Origin: a virus
IMG/VR virus record: IMGVR_UViG_3300034072_000578
Span: 32,001-96,000 of that record
Strand: one strand, 5' to 3'
Length of the DNA: 64,000 nt
In this document: positions 26,655 to 36,963 of the stretch, one piece after another
Layout of the letters: every line of letters starts with the position of its first letter
How positions within the stretch are numbered: position 1 is the first letter of the stretch
Program-made: the position numbers and the translations under genes
Notes under the pieces: model-generated
The model's input: the letters and a program-made list of their open reading frames with translations, nothing else
Told to the model about the DNA's origin: nothing
Database searches by the model: none

Positions 26655-26656
26655 AC

Positions 26657-26766
26657 GGGACGGTAATTCAGCGGTAGAAGACGAAACCTTGTCTAAGCCC
26701 TTTGAGGGTGATGGACCCCAAGACAAGGCCAGATAGTCGGAGGTTCGATCCCTCCCCGTCCCGCCA
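26657..26766 (+). ncRNA. tRNA-like RNA with branched domain replacing the anticodon arm
   Basis: GGGACGG/CCGTCCC-GCCA acceptor, D-like arm, perfect T arm; CCTTGTCT/AGACAAGG helix encloses a further hairpin. Confidence 0.65.
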
Positions 26767-26982
26767 CTTAATAACATTGAAACATGATGGTCTGCACATT
26801 GTCATGTTTCAACCTTGTTAAGTTTCACATTATCGGTGGGCTGAAATCCAGCGATAGAGGCAAGCCCCTAAGCAAGGCTCCTACGTGAACCTAATCCATA
26901 GTGTTAGGAGCGATGATTTACGCTAGCTATGATTAGGGGAAGCTAGAAAGGTTATAGACCTGATAAACTTCCCCTTCTTAGT

Positions 26983-27059
26983 GGACCCTTAGCTCATTTG
27001 GTTAGAGCGACGGACTTTTAATCTGTAGGTGCTGGGTTCGAATCCCAGAGGGTCCACCA
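26983..27059 (+). tRNA. tRNA-Lys(TTT)
   Basis: Canonical cloverleaf, loop CTTTTAA, CCA. Confidence 0.93.
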
Positions 27060-27182
27060 CTTACTTAGTAGTGATAGAATACGGGTTGGTTCTTCAATTT
27101 GCTTTTGCCCAAAAGCTGTCGATCCGTATTCTTTCTTTATTAAGTGGGGTGTTATGTATTTTCTTACGTTATGACCTACCAA

Positions 27183-27266
27183 GCCCTCTTGGCGTAATTG
27201 GTAGGCGCAGCAGACTTAAAATCTGCCGGTTGATCCGTCTCGGTTCGAGTCCGAGAGAGGGCACCA
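27183..27266 (+). tRNA. tRNA-Leu(TAA)
   Basis: Class II cloverleaf, loop CTTAAAA, CCA. Confidence 0.92.
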
Positions 27267-27425
27267 AGTTTCAGAGCCAACTTCGCGGGCGTCTCCATCC
27301 GCGAGAAAACACCTAGACATACCCTCTTGCATGTGGGTAGTTAATGGACGGTGGGGTAAAAGCCCTCAATATGCAGCGTTATATGACTGGCCTTCGGTGT
27401 CGCAACCTAGCCTTTCGACTAACCT

Positions 27426-27447
27426 AGGCCCTTCGGGGCCTTTTTTT
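27426..27447 (+). terminator. intrinsic terminator closing the RNA operon
   Basis: AGGCCC-TTCG-GGGCCT followed by a T tract. Confidence 0.85.
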
Positions 27448-27460
27448 GGAGTCTTACTAA

Positions 27461-28000
27461 ATGGGTCTTTTGGGTAAGAAGAAGCAAGAGCTTCCCGTCA
27501 ATGCCGGTGTCGAACTTGGCGACTACGTTAAGGACGTAGTTACCGGTTTTGAGGGCATTGCTTATGCTCGCGACTATCACCTTCACGGTTGCGACCGTAT
27601 CGAGGTATCTCCGACCAGCTTGGATGATAACGGCAACCCCAAGGATGCTTTCGTTTTCGATATCCTGCGCCTGACGGTGATCGAAAAGGGGCGTATGGCT
27701 TGTATCGAGCCTAACGCCCACTTTAGCGCGTTCACCATGGGCGCGAAGGTCAAGGACACCATCACCGGCTTTGAAGGCATTATCGGCACCCGCACCGAAA
27801 TCGTCACCGGCCTTACCCTCATCGGGATCATGCCGACTGTCCTTTCCAAGGAAGGCGCTCTCAAGGACGCTAAGGTCTTCCCGGCTGGCCGGGTGGAACT
27901 GATCGCGGAACAGCCTGTCCCGGTCGCTCCTGAGGCTCCAAAGGGCAAACCGGGCGGTCCTACCGAACGTCGCAGCGCTGCCAAGGCTCCGCCCCGCTAA
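27461..28000 (+). CDS. hypothetical protein with two tandem SH3-like repeats
   Basis: 'LGDYVKDVVTGFEGI' and 'MGAKVKDTITGFEGI' repeats. Confidence 0.7.
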   Translation: MGLLGKKKQELPVNAGVELGDYVKDVVTGFEGIAYARDYHLHGCDRIEVSPTSLDDNGNPKDAFVFDILRLTVIEKGRMACIEPNAHFSAFTMGAKVKDTITGFEGIIGTRTEIVTGLTLIGIMPTVLSKEGALKDAKVFPAGRVELIAEQPVPVAPEAPKGKPGGPTERRSAAKAPPR

Positions 28001-28066
28001 CAGCTATATTACTAGCCGTTTTAATTACTCCCGTTCTTGCTATAAAGGCTCGAACGGGAGTTTTTT

Positions 28067-28597
28067 ATGCGATTAAGAGAACATTTAATACTACGTGGAA
28101 TGAATCCTAGCCTATACCGACACGCTAAATGTTATTCCACTAACAAAATCACCTTCTATTTATACAATTTAAGTGGTCAGATGGTAGGTTATCAACACTA
28201 CCGACCATTAATAGAAGAAAAAGGGGTTAAAAATAACCCTAAATTAGGTCGATACTTCACTAAATTACCTAAGAACACTATTGGAGTGTTCGGATTAGAC
28301 GTTTTAGATGAAACTAGACCAGAATTATTCGTAGTTGAAGGCATTTTTAAAGCCGCCAAGCTCCATCGGCTAGGCTACAACGCCATCGCGGTCCTAGGGC
28401 CGACCCCCAAGCCCATGGCAGCATGGTTTCGCGCTCTACGAGGCTCCTACAAGCTCCTAGCGATCGGTGACAATGACCGGGCCGGTCAATATCTGGTCGA
28501 TATTGTTGGCGCTGGCACCCTTTCCCCTGTAGATTTGGACGAAATGGACGACTCAGCGGTGGTGGAATTGGCAAATGAGCAAATACAGCGGTATTAA
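28067..28597 (+). CDS. TOPRIM/DNA primase-like protein
   Basis: 'LYNLSGQMVGYQHYRP', 'FVVEGIF', 'IGDNDRAG'. Confidence 0.75.
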   Translation: MRLREHLILRGMNPSLYRHAKCYSTNKITFYLYNLSGQMVGYQHYRPLIEEKGVKNNPKLGRYFTKLPKNTIGVFGLDVLDETRPELFVVEGIFKAAKLHRLGYNAIAVLGPTPKPMAAWFRALRGSYKLLAIGDNDRAGQYLVDIVGAGTLSPVDLDEMDDSAVVELANEQIQRY

Positions 28598-28702
28598 ATG
28601 GAAGATTAAAGCTTACTTGATAGCTAAGTTTTGGAATCCCAAAAGAAATAGCAAAGAATATTGGGGTTTTATTAAGAACGCCAGCAAAAGGAAGATTAAG
28701 AA

Positions 28703-29020
28703 ATGACTAATATTATAGTGTCAAACCAAGTAGAGTGCCTGTCATGTGGTGATAGGCCCTATTCCGCTCATAGACATGACTTTAAATACTGCAAATGCGG
28801 TAATGTAGCTGTCGATGGTGGCCAAGCTTACCTTCGCAGGGTGTATAATAACACTAACTGGAAGGAAATTTCGATAAAAATACCGGAAGAAGCCGTTAAT
28901 AAGGCCATCGAAGAGGTCGAAGAAGCGATCAAGACAGGTCGCAACGCAAGAGGGCTGGTATATGCCGCCCTGCGTGGCCTAAGAGACGGTGGTTTCACCT
29001 TCCCCGACAACAATATCTAA
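28703..29020 (+). CDS. zinc-ribbon protein
   Basis: 'CLSCGD...SAHRHDFKYCKCGNVAVDGG..YLRR'. Confidence 0.7.
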   Translation: MTNIIVSNQVECLSCGDRPYSAHRHDFKYCKCGNVAVDGGQAYLRRVYNNTNWKEISIKIPEEAVNKAIEEVEEAIKTGRNARGLVYAALRGLRDGGFTFPDNNI

Positions 29021-29326
29021 GAAGGGTTGTTTTCTATCATGGGCTGTCTTAAAGCATTGCTCAACGGGATCGGTCTTCTGATCGCTCTTTCCTTCCTCAT
29101 TATCTTTTGGAACGTATGAAACAGTTTATCATTCACAAAGTTACCAACGCACCCGACCATGTTAATGGGACTCCTAAGGGTCCGATTTGGAAGCGGGCTA
29201 AGAGCCTCCATAAATATAAGAAGTTCTATACGAACAAGATGGAGGCTCTTCTTATCGCCTTTTATCTCAACCAGTTTAGCAAGTTCGGCTTCGAAGTAAG
29301 CGAACGGATTGTGGAGGAATAATCCC

Positions 29327-29680
29327 ATGGCTAATAAAGAGAACATGTTGAAGCTCGCGGAAGCCCTAGAGTCGGGCACCTATCCCCAAGCAAGAGGTAG
29401 CTGGGGCGCTGGAAGCTTCGAAGGCCACCAGACGCCAGCCCTTTATGGCCAAGAGGAAAAGGGCTTTTGCTGTATGCACGTTGCTCTAGCTCTCGCTACC
29501 AACACGGCTAGCTTGTCAGGTAATATGTTCACCCGCAGTCGCAACGCACGGGCTGATGCGACATCATGGCTGGGAATCGACGAAGGAGGCTTTGCTGATT
29601 TCGTCACGTTGAACGACAAGGAAGGCAAGACCTTCCCCGAAATCGCCCAATATATCCGCGATACATATTTAGCCGACTAA
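29327..29680 (+). CDS. hypothetical protein (paralog of 48079-48471)
   Basis: 'AEALESG.YPQAR...FCC.HV...LND...KTFPEIA'. Confidence 0.7.
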   Translation: MANKENMLKLAEALESGTYPQARGSWGAGSFEGHQTPALYGQEEKGFCCMHVALALATNTASLSGNMFTRSRNARADATSWLGIDEGGFADFVTLNDKEGKTFPEIAQYIRDTYLAD

Positions 29681-29694
29681 TCTCCGGGGGAATA

Positions 29695-30102
29695 ATGGAA
29701 CTGCTATTAATTAACAAGCTAAGCCCATTAATCACTAAAAGAGATAAAAATAGAAAACCGGGTAGATACCGTTCCCTAGAATATAAATATATGATCGGGG
29801 AGAAGTCCAATCACCGCTGCGTTCATTGCGGCGTTGATATGGTCTATGAAGGCCCACAAGTCCCTACCAGCTTCACCTATGAGCATGTCATTCCCATCTG
29901 CTACGGCTCTACGTGGGAACTAGACAACCTTTATGGGGCCTGTCTGGAATGTAACCATCGCGGCGGCACACAAAGCGGTCAAGAGGCAACCCGACGCCTT
30001 TTGCTGGAACACGGCATCTGCCTGTGCTACAACGAGGAATCGGATATCGCAAGAGCAGACGCGATGTATCGGCTTCATTTCGAGGACAGAATCGCGGCGT
30101 AG
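29695..30102 (+). CDS. HNH endonuclease
   Basis: 'CVHCG...TYEHVIP...NLYGACLECN'. Confidence 0.75.
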   Translation: MELLLINKLSPLITKRDKNRKPGRYRSLEYKYMIGEKSNHRCVHCGVDMVYEGPQVPTSFTYEHVIPICYGSTWELDNLYGACLECNHRGGTQSGQEATRRLLLEHGICLCYNEESDIARADAMYRLHFEDRIAA

Positions 30103-30111
30103 TGAGGTTTT

Positions 30112-31269
30112 ATGGTTGTTATCGAGATTATTGTAGTATTCTTTTGGATACTTAGTGCCTTCACTTTCGTATGGAGCTTGCTGGACCTGTTTCTTGGCAG
30201 CTACTACGACAAAGAGAAAGCCCTTCCTAGGGTGATAGTATCTAGCATCCTGCTAGTTATCCTCTACAACCTCCCCTATGAATATTGGGGTCTAGCGGAG
30301 ACGATGAACTAATGTGGTCTTTCATAGGCTTCTTTCTAGTCCTCGCTCTTGGGACGTATCTCACGGTAGCGGGTGGACTGTTGGTATGGGTAAACCATGC
30401 TTTTGGAGGAAGGTTTGAGAAAGCCGTCCTGATACCCCCAGCAATAGGATTTGTGATGCTAGCTTTTTGCTGGTATTTTAATCCTGTGAGCCTTGATGTA
30501 AATATAAGGTAATAATATATGCAAGTAGGTGATTTAGTAACCCGCGTTAACCCATCCGTAACCTGTGCGGTAGGCAAGGTAACTGCCATCCTAGAAGATG
30601 GTAAGTTCCTAATTAATTTCGGGCGTAAAAATAGTCTTCGGATGGTGGAAGACTATGTGCCTTTCGTTCCATGGCATAAGCGGAAGAGGGGGCTGGGATG
30701 ACAAGACGTATTGAAAACCTAGATTGGCTTCCTATAGAGCTTGCTAGCAGGGATTTGAAGGTTGGTAGCGGGCAAGTGGTGGTTCTTTACCGACCACATG
30801 TTCATGGTAGCTGTTTGCTGGAATATACTACCAGCAACCCCGACTATGCTATGACCAATGCGGCTAAGCATGGCTACACTGAGTTTGCTTTGTTGGTGGA
30901 TGGGTGATGTCTTATTCTAGGAAAGTTTTCTACAGGGCTAGTGTTAAGGGTATTAACCGCCTTGGGAAAGAGCAAACCTTCTGGCTTAATAGCCTGCCGG
31001 TGTCTGGTTGCGATCCTGTCACTTGGGCGGATTGGTCGGGTCAATGGGCCGACCTAGAAGAGTTCAAGGCTGACGTTAAGCGTCTGTCGGTGGAAGGTTT
31101 TAGCAACTGGTCTATCCGGTCAATTGACCTTAGCACCTTGCAGTGTTTGGAAGTTGTGGTAGTAACCACGACTGATACGAGCTACAGGGTTATTGGACTT
31201 GAGCCTACTATTACCGACGAGGATCATCCTTGCGGTTGTGGGCAAAGATTGTGTTCTAGCTGTAACTAG
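30112..31269 (+). CDS. run of five small hypothetical genes (30112-30312, ~30312-30512, 30519-30701, 30698-30907, 30904-31269)
   Basis: Tightly coupled ORFs; the first two are hydrophobic. Confidence 0.5.
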
Positions 31270-31540
31270 TTTGGGGCTTAAGGGGGTTGTGAGGTTTAGG
31301 TAATTTTGGGGTTAAATTTGTGAATGGTATGGAGCGGCCAAAGCCGTAACTTTCTAGGACATCCTACCCCCTCGACTCGCAACAGGTCAATAGGGCGAAT
31401 CACTCTTTTTCACATTCTTTTTTAATGCGCTTCCAAAAAACAAAACAAACAATGTCAACACATATAATCACATCACATAGTAATGTGATATAGTAGGGCC
31501 TACTCATATAGCCCCATATAAGCCCCATACAGTAGGGCCA

Positions 31541-31615
31541 GCCCTGCTAGGCTACCCTAGTAGCGCAAGCCCCTAGAAAGGCGCTCTAAGGGGCTTCCTA
31601 GGGGCTTGTATGGGG
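31541..31615. repeat. palindromic repeat element copy A
   Basis: GCTACCCTA core with AAGCCCCTAG...CTAGGGGCTT; related to 35080 and 37746. Confidence 0.5.
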
Positions 31616-31624
31616 TAATGCATA

Positions 31625-33080
31625 TCAGCAAGGGCCTACCCTGTAACGCGGTTCATTATCCGGCCCCTTATAGAGGTTCATGCATTCATCACTAGTAGCA
31701 GGGTCCGCTACAGTAATGGGCTTAGCCTCCATAGTAGGGGCGGGTTGTATGTAAGTATTAACCGCCACCATAGCAGACAGTGCAATACAGGCCATGCTAA
31801 TGGCGATGACAAACAGAAGACAATTCTTAAACATTGCTCAAACCCCATGTTTCATTGAGAAAGATAATAAGCGGATTAGTAAGGTCAATATGAACCCCTA
31901 GGGAGTAATCATCTTCCCCTACCTCTTCCCTGCTATAGGTATAAAGCCCCATATTGGCATAGGTAGTGCGCCATTCACAGGAATGCGGCCTTGATCCCCC
32001 CTCTATAGTCATGCGCTTAGACTGGAATTCATGAATAGTCTTAGCAATGTCTTTAGGAAGCGAATTAATGCTTTCCGAAGAAAGGATAAATTCTTGTTCG
32101 CTACTGCTAATCCATTCAATCCCTTTATTAGCCGCAATAATAGTTGCGGCAAATAGGGCGGTTGAGTCCATGTCTAGGGTTGGTTTGTTCCCCATCACGT
32201 AATCAACCAAACGGCGGACCTTTTGAAGCCCCTTAAGGTTAGTCCGCCATCCATTCTTGCGGACCTTATTAAACATGATCCAAGGATCAACATTAAGGGC
32301 AATGAAGAAAGCCGCAACATTACGGCTATCGGCGAATTGAGCCGCTACCCTACGCAATTCAACATGGCTTTTATGAGGGGCCTTTTCCCGCTCAAAGTTA
32401 GCGCGTTCCAGTAGGGCGGAATTGATACGCTTTACCATTGAGTCGACTTCGCGACTCTCACTGGCTTTGATATCTAGTATCAGGTCCAAAAGGGCGGACT
32501 GCATAGTCTGACTCCTAGTTGTAAATCCGTTGGATTAGCTTTCGCTTCCCATCGGCGCGGATTCCCCATTTGGAACCCCTCCAAACGTTAATGCAGCTAA
32601 TGTGAAACCAGTTAGGGGAAGTAATGCGAAAGCGCTTTCCGTTGCGGTCGACTCCCGTCGCCACAAAAGAAACGTAATCGACTCCGTTAACATTTTGCAT
32701 GGCTGTTACTCCATCGGCTTGTATCATTGTTCGTTCTCCATATATTCCAGATACTCAGCGCGGGATGAATGAGCTATCATAATCCCATAGGGCCGATAAC
32801 TACCCCGACTCATCCCGTAGGGAACGACAAAAGGATAAGGCGATTTAACCTTAGCCTTTAGATTGCGCCAAGCATCGGTGACAGTCGCCGTCACTTCACG
32901 CTTGTTAGCGCCATAAAAACCAGCGTCACGAATGGACTCCGCTTCGCTTTCAATAATGGCTTTCAATTCGCGCCGACTATCAACCTTAACAATATAGCTA
33001 TTGTCAGGCATATATGCGCCGCGCATTCCCGTTGCTATGTGGAAATATTCAGCCATCTTTTTTACTCCATCTAAATTCAT
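31625..33080 (-). CDS. four hypothetical genes (31625-31834, 31827-32504, 32515-32727, 32724-33080)
   Basis: Coupled ORFs with strong GGAG RBSs; putative early genes. Confidence 0.55.
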
Positions 33081-33119
33081 AGTAAGGGCGGACTATTGCT
33101 AGCCCGCCCCTATTAGAAG

Positions 33120-34169
33120 TTAGAGCATTTCAAGCGCCAGCGACATTGCCGCATCTTTCGCCCGATTGCCGTTGCCGATAGTGGCGCTTTCCCACCGCTT
33201 GCCTTCCTTAGTGCGGGCAACGTGATCCTGATAGAAGGTGACGGCATTAAGAGCGCCCCAAAGCGTGCCATCTGCTGCTGCCTTATCCGCACCCGGACTA
33301 TCGGTGAAAAGGCGGACCATTTGCGCAACGTTATTGCGCTGGTTACTTGTCACGCCTTCCCGATCAAAATCGAGTTCAGTGCGAAGCCAATCGGAGTCAT
33401 CCTTAAGGGCTTTCGGACTGTAAAGCTTCGCGAAGAAACGCGAAAGCTTGTCATCAGTCATACGGACCTTGCTCATTGCCTTTACGGCTTGAACATATTC
33501 CGCGAAAGCCGAGTCGAATTCGCCCAATTGAGTAAACAGCTTATCAGCGTCGAATTCGCCGCTATTGCGTTGTTTCGCCGTTGTTTGGGCGTTCATCACC
33601 GCCGAAAGACTGACAGTGTTTTGACAAACAACCCGCACCGACGTTGCACGGGCAGTCCGCGCATAGGTTCCGTCGTAGGAAGTCAGCAGCAGGATATAGG
33701 GAAGGATGATATCGCCAGCGATGTCGCCTTGCCCCTCTTCACGCTTGGCAAGCCCCCATACAACGCGACCGCCCTTTAGAGCGCCCGCAACGTCCATCTT
33801 AAAGCCGTTACCCTTAACAAGGCTCATAAGCCCCTCTAGCAGGTCAAGGGGTTGCGCGGGGTCATAGTGCGACTCCGACATCACCGAAAGGGGATCGCCG
33901 GTGTCAGTGCGATACATGACTGCGCGGTTTTCATAGGAACGAGTCAGCATGGCCAGCGATTCATCATCCCCTTCCTTGAAATTGGGGTTAGGGATCGAAT
34001 AGAAGGCAGGGGCCTTTGCGACCTGATAGTCAAGGCCAGCAACCTGCGCGATTTGTGCGGCGTCCATATCATCGGTGATATGATTGCCAAAGCCATGCCA
34101 TGGCTTACCCTCCGAAGCGCGGTAAGCGATAGCGGCCTTGCCAAGGGTGAAGTCAAGTGCGTGGGACAT
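33120..34169 (-). CDS. DUF932 family protein
   Basis: Start MSHAL; 'PWHGFG', 'AGALKGGRVVW', 'LLTSYDGT...VRVVCQNT', 'GTLWGALNAVT'. Confidence 0.85.
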   Translation of the reverse strand: MSHALDFTLGKAAIAYRASEGKPWHGFGNHITDDMDAAQIAQVAGLDYQVAKAPAFYSIPNPNFKEGDDESLAMLTRSYENRAVMYRTDTGDPLSVMSESHYDPAQPLDLLEGLMSLVKGNGFKMDVAGALKGGRVVWGLAKREEGQGDIAGDIILPYILLLTSYDGTYARTARATSVRVVCQNTVSLSAVMNAQTTAKQRNSGEFDADKLFTQLGEFDSAFAEYVQAVKAMSKVRMTDDKLSRFFAKLYSPKALKDDSDWLRTELDFDREGVTSNQRNNVAQMVRLFTDSPGADKAAADGTLWGALNAVTFYQDHVARTKEGKRWESATIGNGNRAKDAAMSLALEML

Positions 34170-34228
34170 AAATAAAGCCTTTCTAAATGTTGCGGAGTCT
34201 TTCGCTCCCAAAGCTAGTGGCGCATTAA

Positions 34229-34632
34229 TTAATATCCGAATATTTCCGTATGCCGTTCGGCCCATGCAAGGGCAATTTCCCGCATCTGGTCGGGAGTATA
34301 GAGCCGCGTCACATTGGACGCCCACAAACTACCGTAGGCAGTAGCGTAAAAGTTATCTTTATTAACGGCGATATCCTCAATGCCCTTAATTGCCTGTTTC
34401 ATTGTTTCATCGCTAATAAATTGTTTCATGCGTAAATCGCCTTTCTTGTCGTGATATATGCACCATAGGCGTTATCCGCCTTATCCATGGCGCGGCTTGC
34501 ACCAGCGCTTGTCTTATAGCGCTTTGTTTTTCCGGTGACTTTGTTAGTCACTTCATAGCGAATTGGCTTATTCACTTGTGACAAACCCAAAGAGGAAAGC
34601 CGCGATAACAGCCAAGAAAAGAAGATTGGCAA
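34229..34632 (-). CDS. two small hypothetical genes (34229-34429, 34426-34632)
   Basis: Coupled short ORFs. Confidence 0.45.
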
Positions 34633-34689
34633 TTACCAAAGCGATATCGAGATAAAGATTATTCGTCATGGTTCCGACTCCAGATTGGT

Positions 34690-34915
34690 TAGTTTATTCC
34701 ACTAGCTTTAGGAACGGCGGTTAATTGCTTAACCGCTTTCCTAATGGCTCAATCGTTAGTGTCTGATTGAGTAAGCCCCATTGTGGGTTGCTAGGTAAAG
34801 CGGATGACATAACGGCCCAACCTAGCCCCTAAGGGGAACGCCTAACCATTAGGCGATTAACCTAGGGGCTTACCGTCATCGGGCCTAGGTGGCGGGGCTT
34901 GTTCCCGCCGATGTC
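34690..34915 (-). ncRNA. highly structured 5' leader RNA
   Basis: Consecutive hairpins downstream of the promoter at 34947, with possible crossing pairings. Confidence 0.45.
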
Positions 34916-34917
34916 CC

Positions 34918-34947
34918 TATCTAGGGGCGGATTCGTGATTCGGTCAA
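34918..34947 (-). promoter_or_regulatory. promoter TTGACC-GAATCACGAATC...-TAGATA
   Basis: Two tandem GANTC sites in the spacer. Confidence 0.65.
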
Positions 34948-35079
34948 GCGCTAAAATGAAATTATTTTTGCCCCTAATCTAAGCTCATCGGACGGCTAGC
35001 TTAGATTAGCGGATTCCTTGCTCTAATACCAAACAGACACCCGTGCGCGTATGTTGCAAGAGCCATGCCAAACCTAATA

Positions 35080-35150
35080 GCCCCTATAAGGCGTTTTAAG
35101 CCCCTTACAGGGCCTTTAGGGGGCCTAAGCTACCCTAACACCTAAAAGAG
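35080..35150. repeat. palindromic repeat element copy B
   Basis: GCGTTTTAAGCCC...GCTACCCTA, shared with 37746 and 31541. Confidence 0.5.
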
Positions 35151-35275
35151 GTGATTCGGCCCTGTATGAGCGTTTCAAGAGTGCGACTCGTAAGAAGGTC
35201 GGAAATAAGCAAATAAAGTTATTTCAAGTGAAAAGTGATTTTTTTAATCTCATTCCAGAAAAGTGATTTTTAGGT

Positions 35276-35373
35276 TTGACATTAAATGCCGAATCGCCCT
35301 AAGAGGGAGTCACCGGACGGGGCAACCCAGACGGTCCAGCCTCCCCTAGAGGCAACTGGCTCTTTCTCATTGT
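35276..35373 (+). promoter_or_regulatory. promoter with CGAATCG and boxA-like GCTCTTT downstream
   Basis: TTGACA-18 nt-TAAGAG, hairpin leader, GCTCTTTCTCATTGT. Confidence 0.5.
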
Positions 35374-35505
35374 TGGACTAATGCCCTTCGCTAGGCGGCA
35401 CAAAAACCTAGGAAGGAAATTAAATAGAACCCCATTAAAAAAGGGGCTTGCGAATCACTAAATAATTCGCCATTAAATAATCACACCGAACGAAAGGAAC
35501 CTACC

Positions 35506-35658
35506 ATGAAAAAATTCTGGATCGAATGGCTTGACGGTAGCTTGATTGGGGAAGTAGAAGCGGAAAGCGAAAGACAAGCCCGCAACATATGCGAGAACCA
35601 CGCTACGGGGTGGGGGCTGGAGCCGGGAACCTACCAGCTACGGGAGAAGCCGGAGTGA
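35506..35658 (+). CDS. small hypothetical protein, not in the ORF track
   Basis: 50 aa MKKFWIEWLDGS..., AAAGGA RBS, upstream promoter TTGCGAATCA. Confidence 0.55.
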   Translation: MKKFWIEWLDGSLIGEVEAESERQARNICENHATGWGLEPGTYQLREKPE

Positions 35659-35711
35659 CCGGGAGGGGGCCGCGAGGCTCCCACCCCACCCCAAGGGGCT
35701 TCTGGCTAGTC

Positions 35712-36236
35712 CTATGGTGAAAGTTGGCCGGTTCCCGGTTTCAAAGTTGATTTCCAGCCAGTTCCCAATTTTATCTTTGATATTTGGGATTTATGCACAC
35801 CAAATAGTTTAGCTATATCTTTATGATACATTCCGGTATCCAATAGCTTTCTAATTTCTTCTACTTTTGTTTCTGTCAATTTAGAATTAGGCTTTTCAGA
35901 GCCTTTTAATGCTTTGGAATAATCTATCTTACCATTCCTAACCGCATCATCCGCATTATCTTGGTAAGTTCCCCAAGCTAAATTAGTCCAAACATTATTA
36001 GACTTATCATCATCTAAGTGCCTACAGACAAATTTACCGTCTGTGGGCTTAGGTCCGTTAAATAAAGTGCATACCCATATATGGATATTATAATCTTTGC
36101 CACCACTTATAATATTTAGATAACCGGGTGTGGTAACTTGCGGCTTCCTAAATCTATTAGTAGTCGGATTAAATACCCTACCTAAGTTGGATATTAATAA
36201 GGGTGTTTCTGGTATGGGGAGGAATGTTTCTTTCAT
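35712..36236 (-). CDS. HNH endonuclease with C-terminal HTH
   Basis: 'ISNLGRV', 'CRHLDDDKSNNVWTNLAWGT..DN'; start MKETF. Confidence 0.85.
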   Translation of the reverse strand: MKETFLPIPETPLLISNLGRVFNPTTNRFRKPQVTTPGYLNIISGGKDYNIHIWVCTLFNGPKPTDGKFVCRHLDDDKSNNVWTNLAWGTYQDNADDAVRNGKIDYSKALKGSEKPNSKLTETKVEEIRKLLDTGMYHKDIAKLFGVHKSQISKIKLGTGWKSTLKPGTGQLSP

Positions 36237-36254
36237 TTCTCCCGCGTAAGATAC

Positions 36255-36350
36255 AAAATGCCAAAAATCAATAGACAGTAGTATCCCAAAATGCCAATTA
36301 ATGAGAAACCTAAAATGCCCATATCTCATTAACTCCATAATGCCAGAATA
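36255..36350. repeat. four A(A/T)AATGCC direct repeats
   Basis: Copies at 36255, 36288, 36312 and 36337. Confidence 0.55.
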
Positions 36351-36525
36351 TAAGAAACCCCATTAGAAACGAAAATAGGAGAGGTTGACCCGAAGCCAAC
36401 GCTCTCCTACTGATTCGCTGTCGCTTCACGAATCATGCTCCCTATTTACGGGCATAAGGGAGATTGCCCTATCATAATAAACTGTTGGTCATTACCTATA
36501 CCTCCAATTAGAGTGGAAATAAGTG

Positions 36526-36759
36526 TTAAGCTGCCCTTGCCGTCTCAATCTTGATCTTCCTTCCCTGATGGTGGAAGGTCAAGGAGTCAAAGCCAAGTCG
36601 CTTCAATGACTGGAAGCCCTTAAGGGCCTTGGCGGAAGCCTCTTCATCGACCAATTGGCCCAGCTTCCGCACTCCCTGCTGCGGGGTGACGCCTAGAACC
36701 GTAAAGTCAGCCTTTTTGGAATGAGGCTTAAAAACCTTTATGACGTTCTGTTTCGGCAT
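36526..36759 (-). CDS. hypothetical basic protein
   Basis: GGAG RBS; downstream of the promoter at 36897. Confidence 0.6.
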   Translation of the reverse strand: MPKQNVIKVFKPHSKKADFTVLGVTPQQGVRKLGQLVDEEASAKALKGFQSLKRLGFDSLTFHHQGRKIKIETARAA

Positions 36760-36868
36760 TTGATGTTACTCCAAGGATAGCAGGTTCATAGTTAAAACCG
36801 CAGACCCTTAATTTGGTTCCAACAATCACCTTTCGTTTCTGCGTTCTCAGGCTTTCTCACCTGTTCCC

Positions 36869-36897
36869 GGTCTATAGACGATTCGGGGGTTTGGCAA
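36869..36897 (-). promoter_or_regulatory. promoter TTGCCA-17 nt (CGAATCG)-TAGACC
   Basis: Member of the CGAATC promoter family. Confidence 0.6.
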
Positions 36898-36963
36898 GCA
36901 AAAAAAAGGCAGGGCGTCAACCCTGCCTTAAGTTGTTTAGAAAGGTGGTAAGAGGCACTTTTA

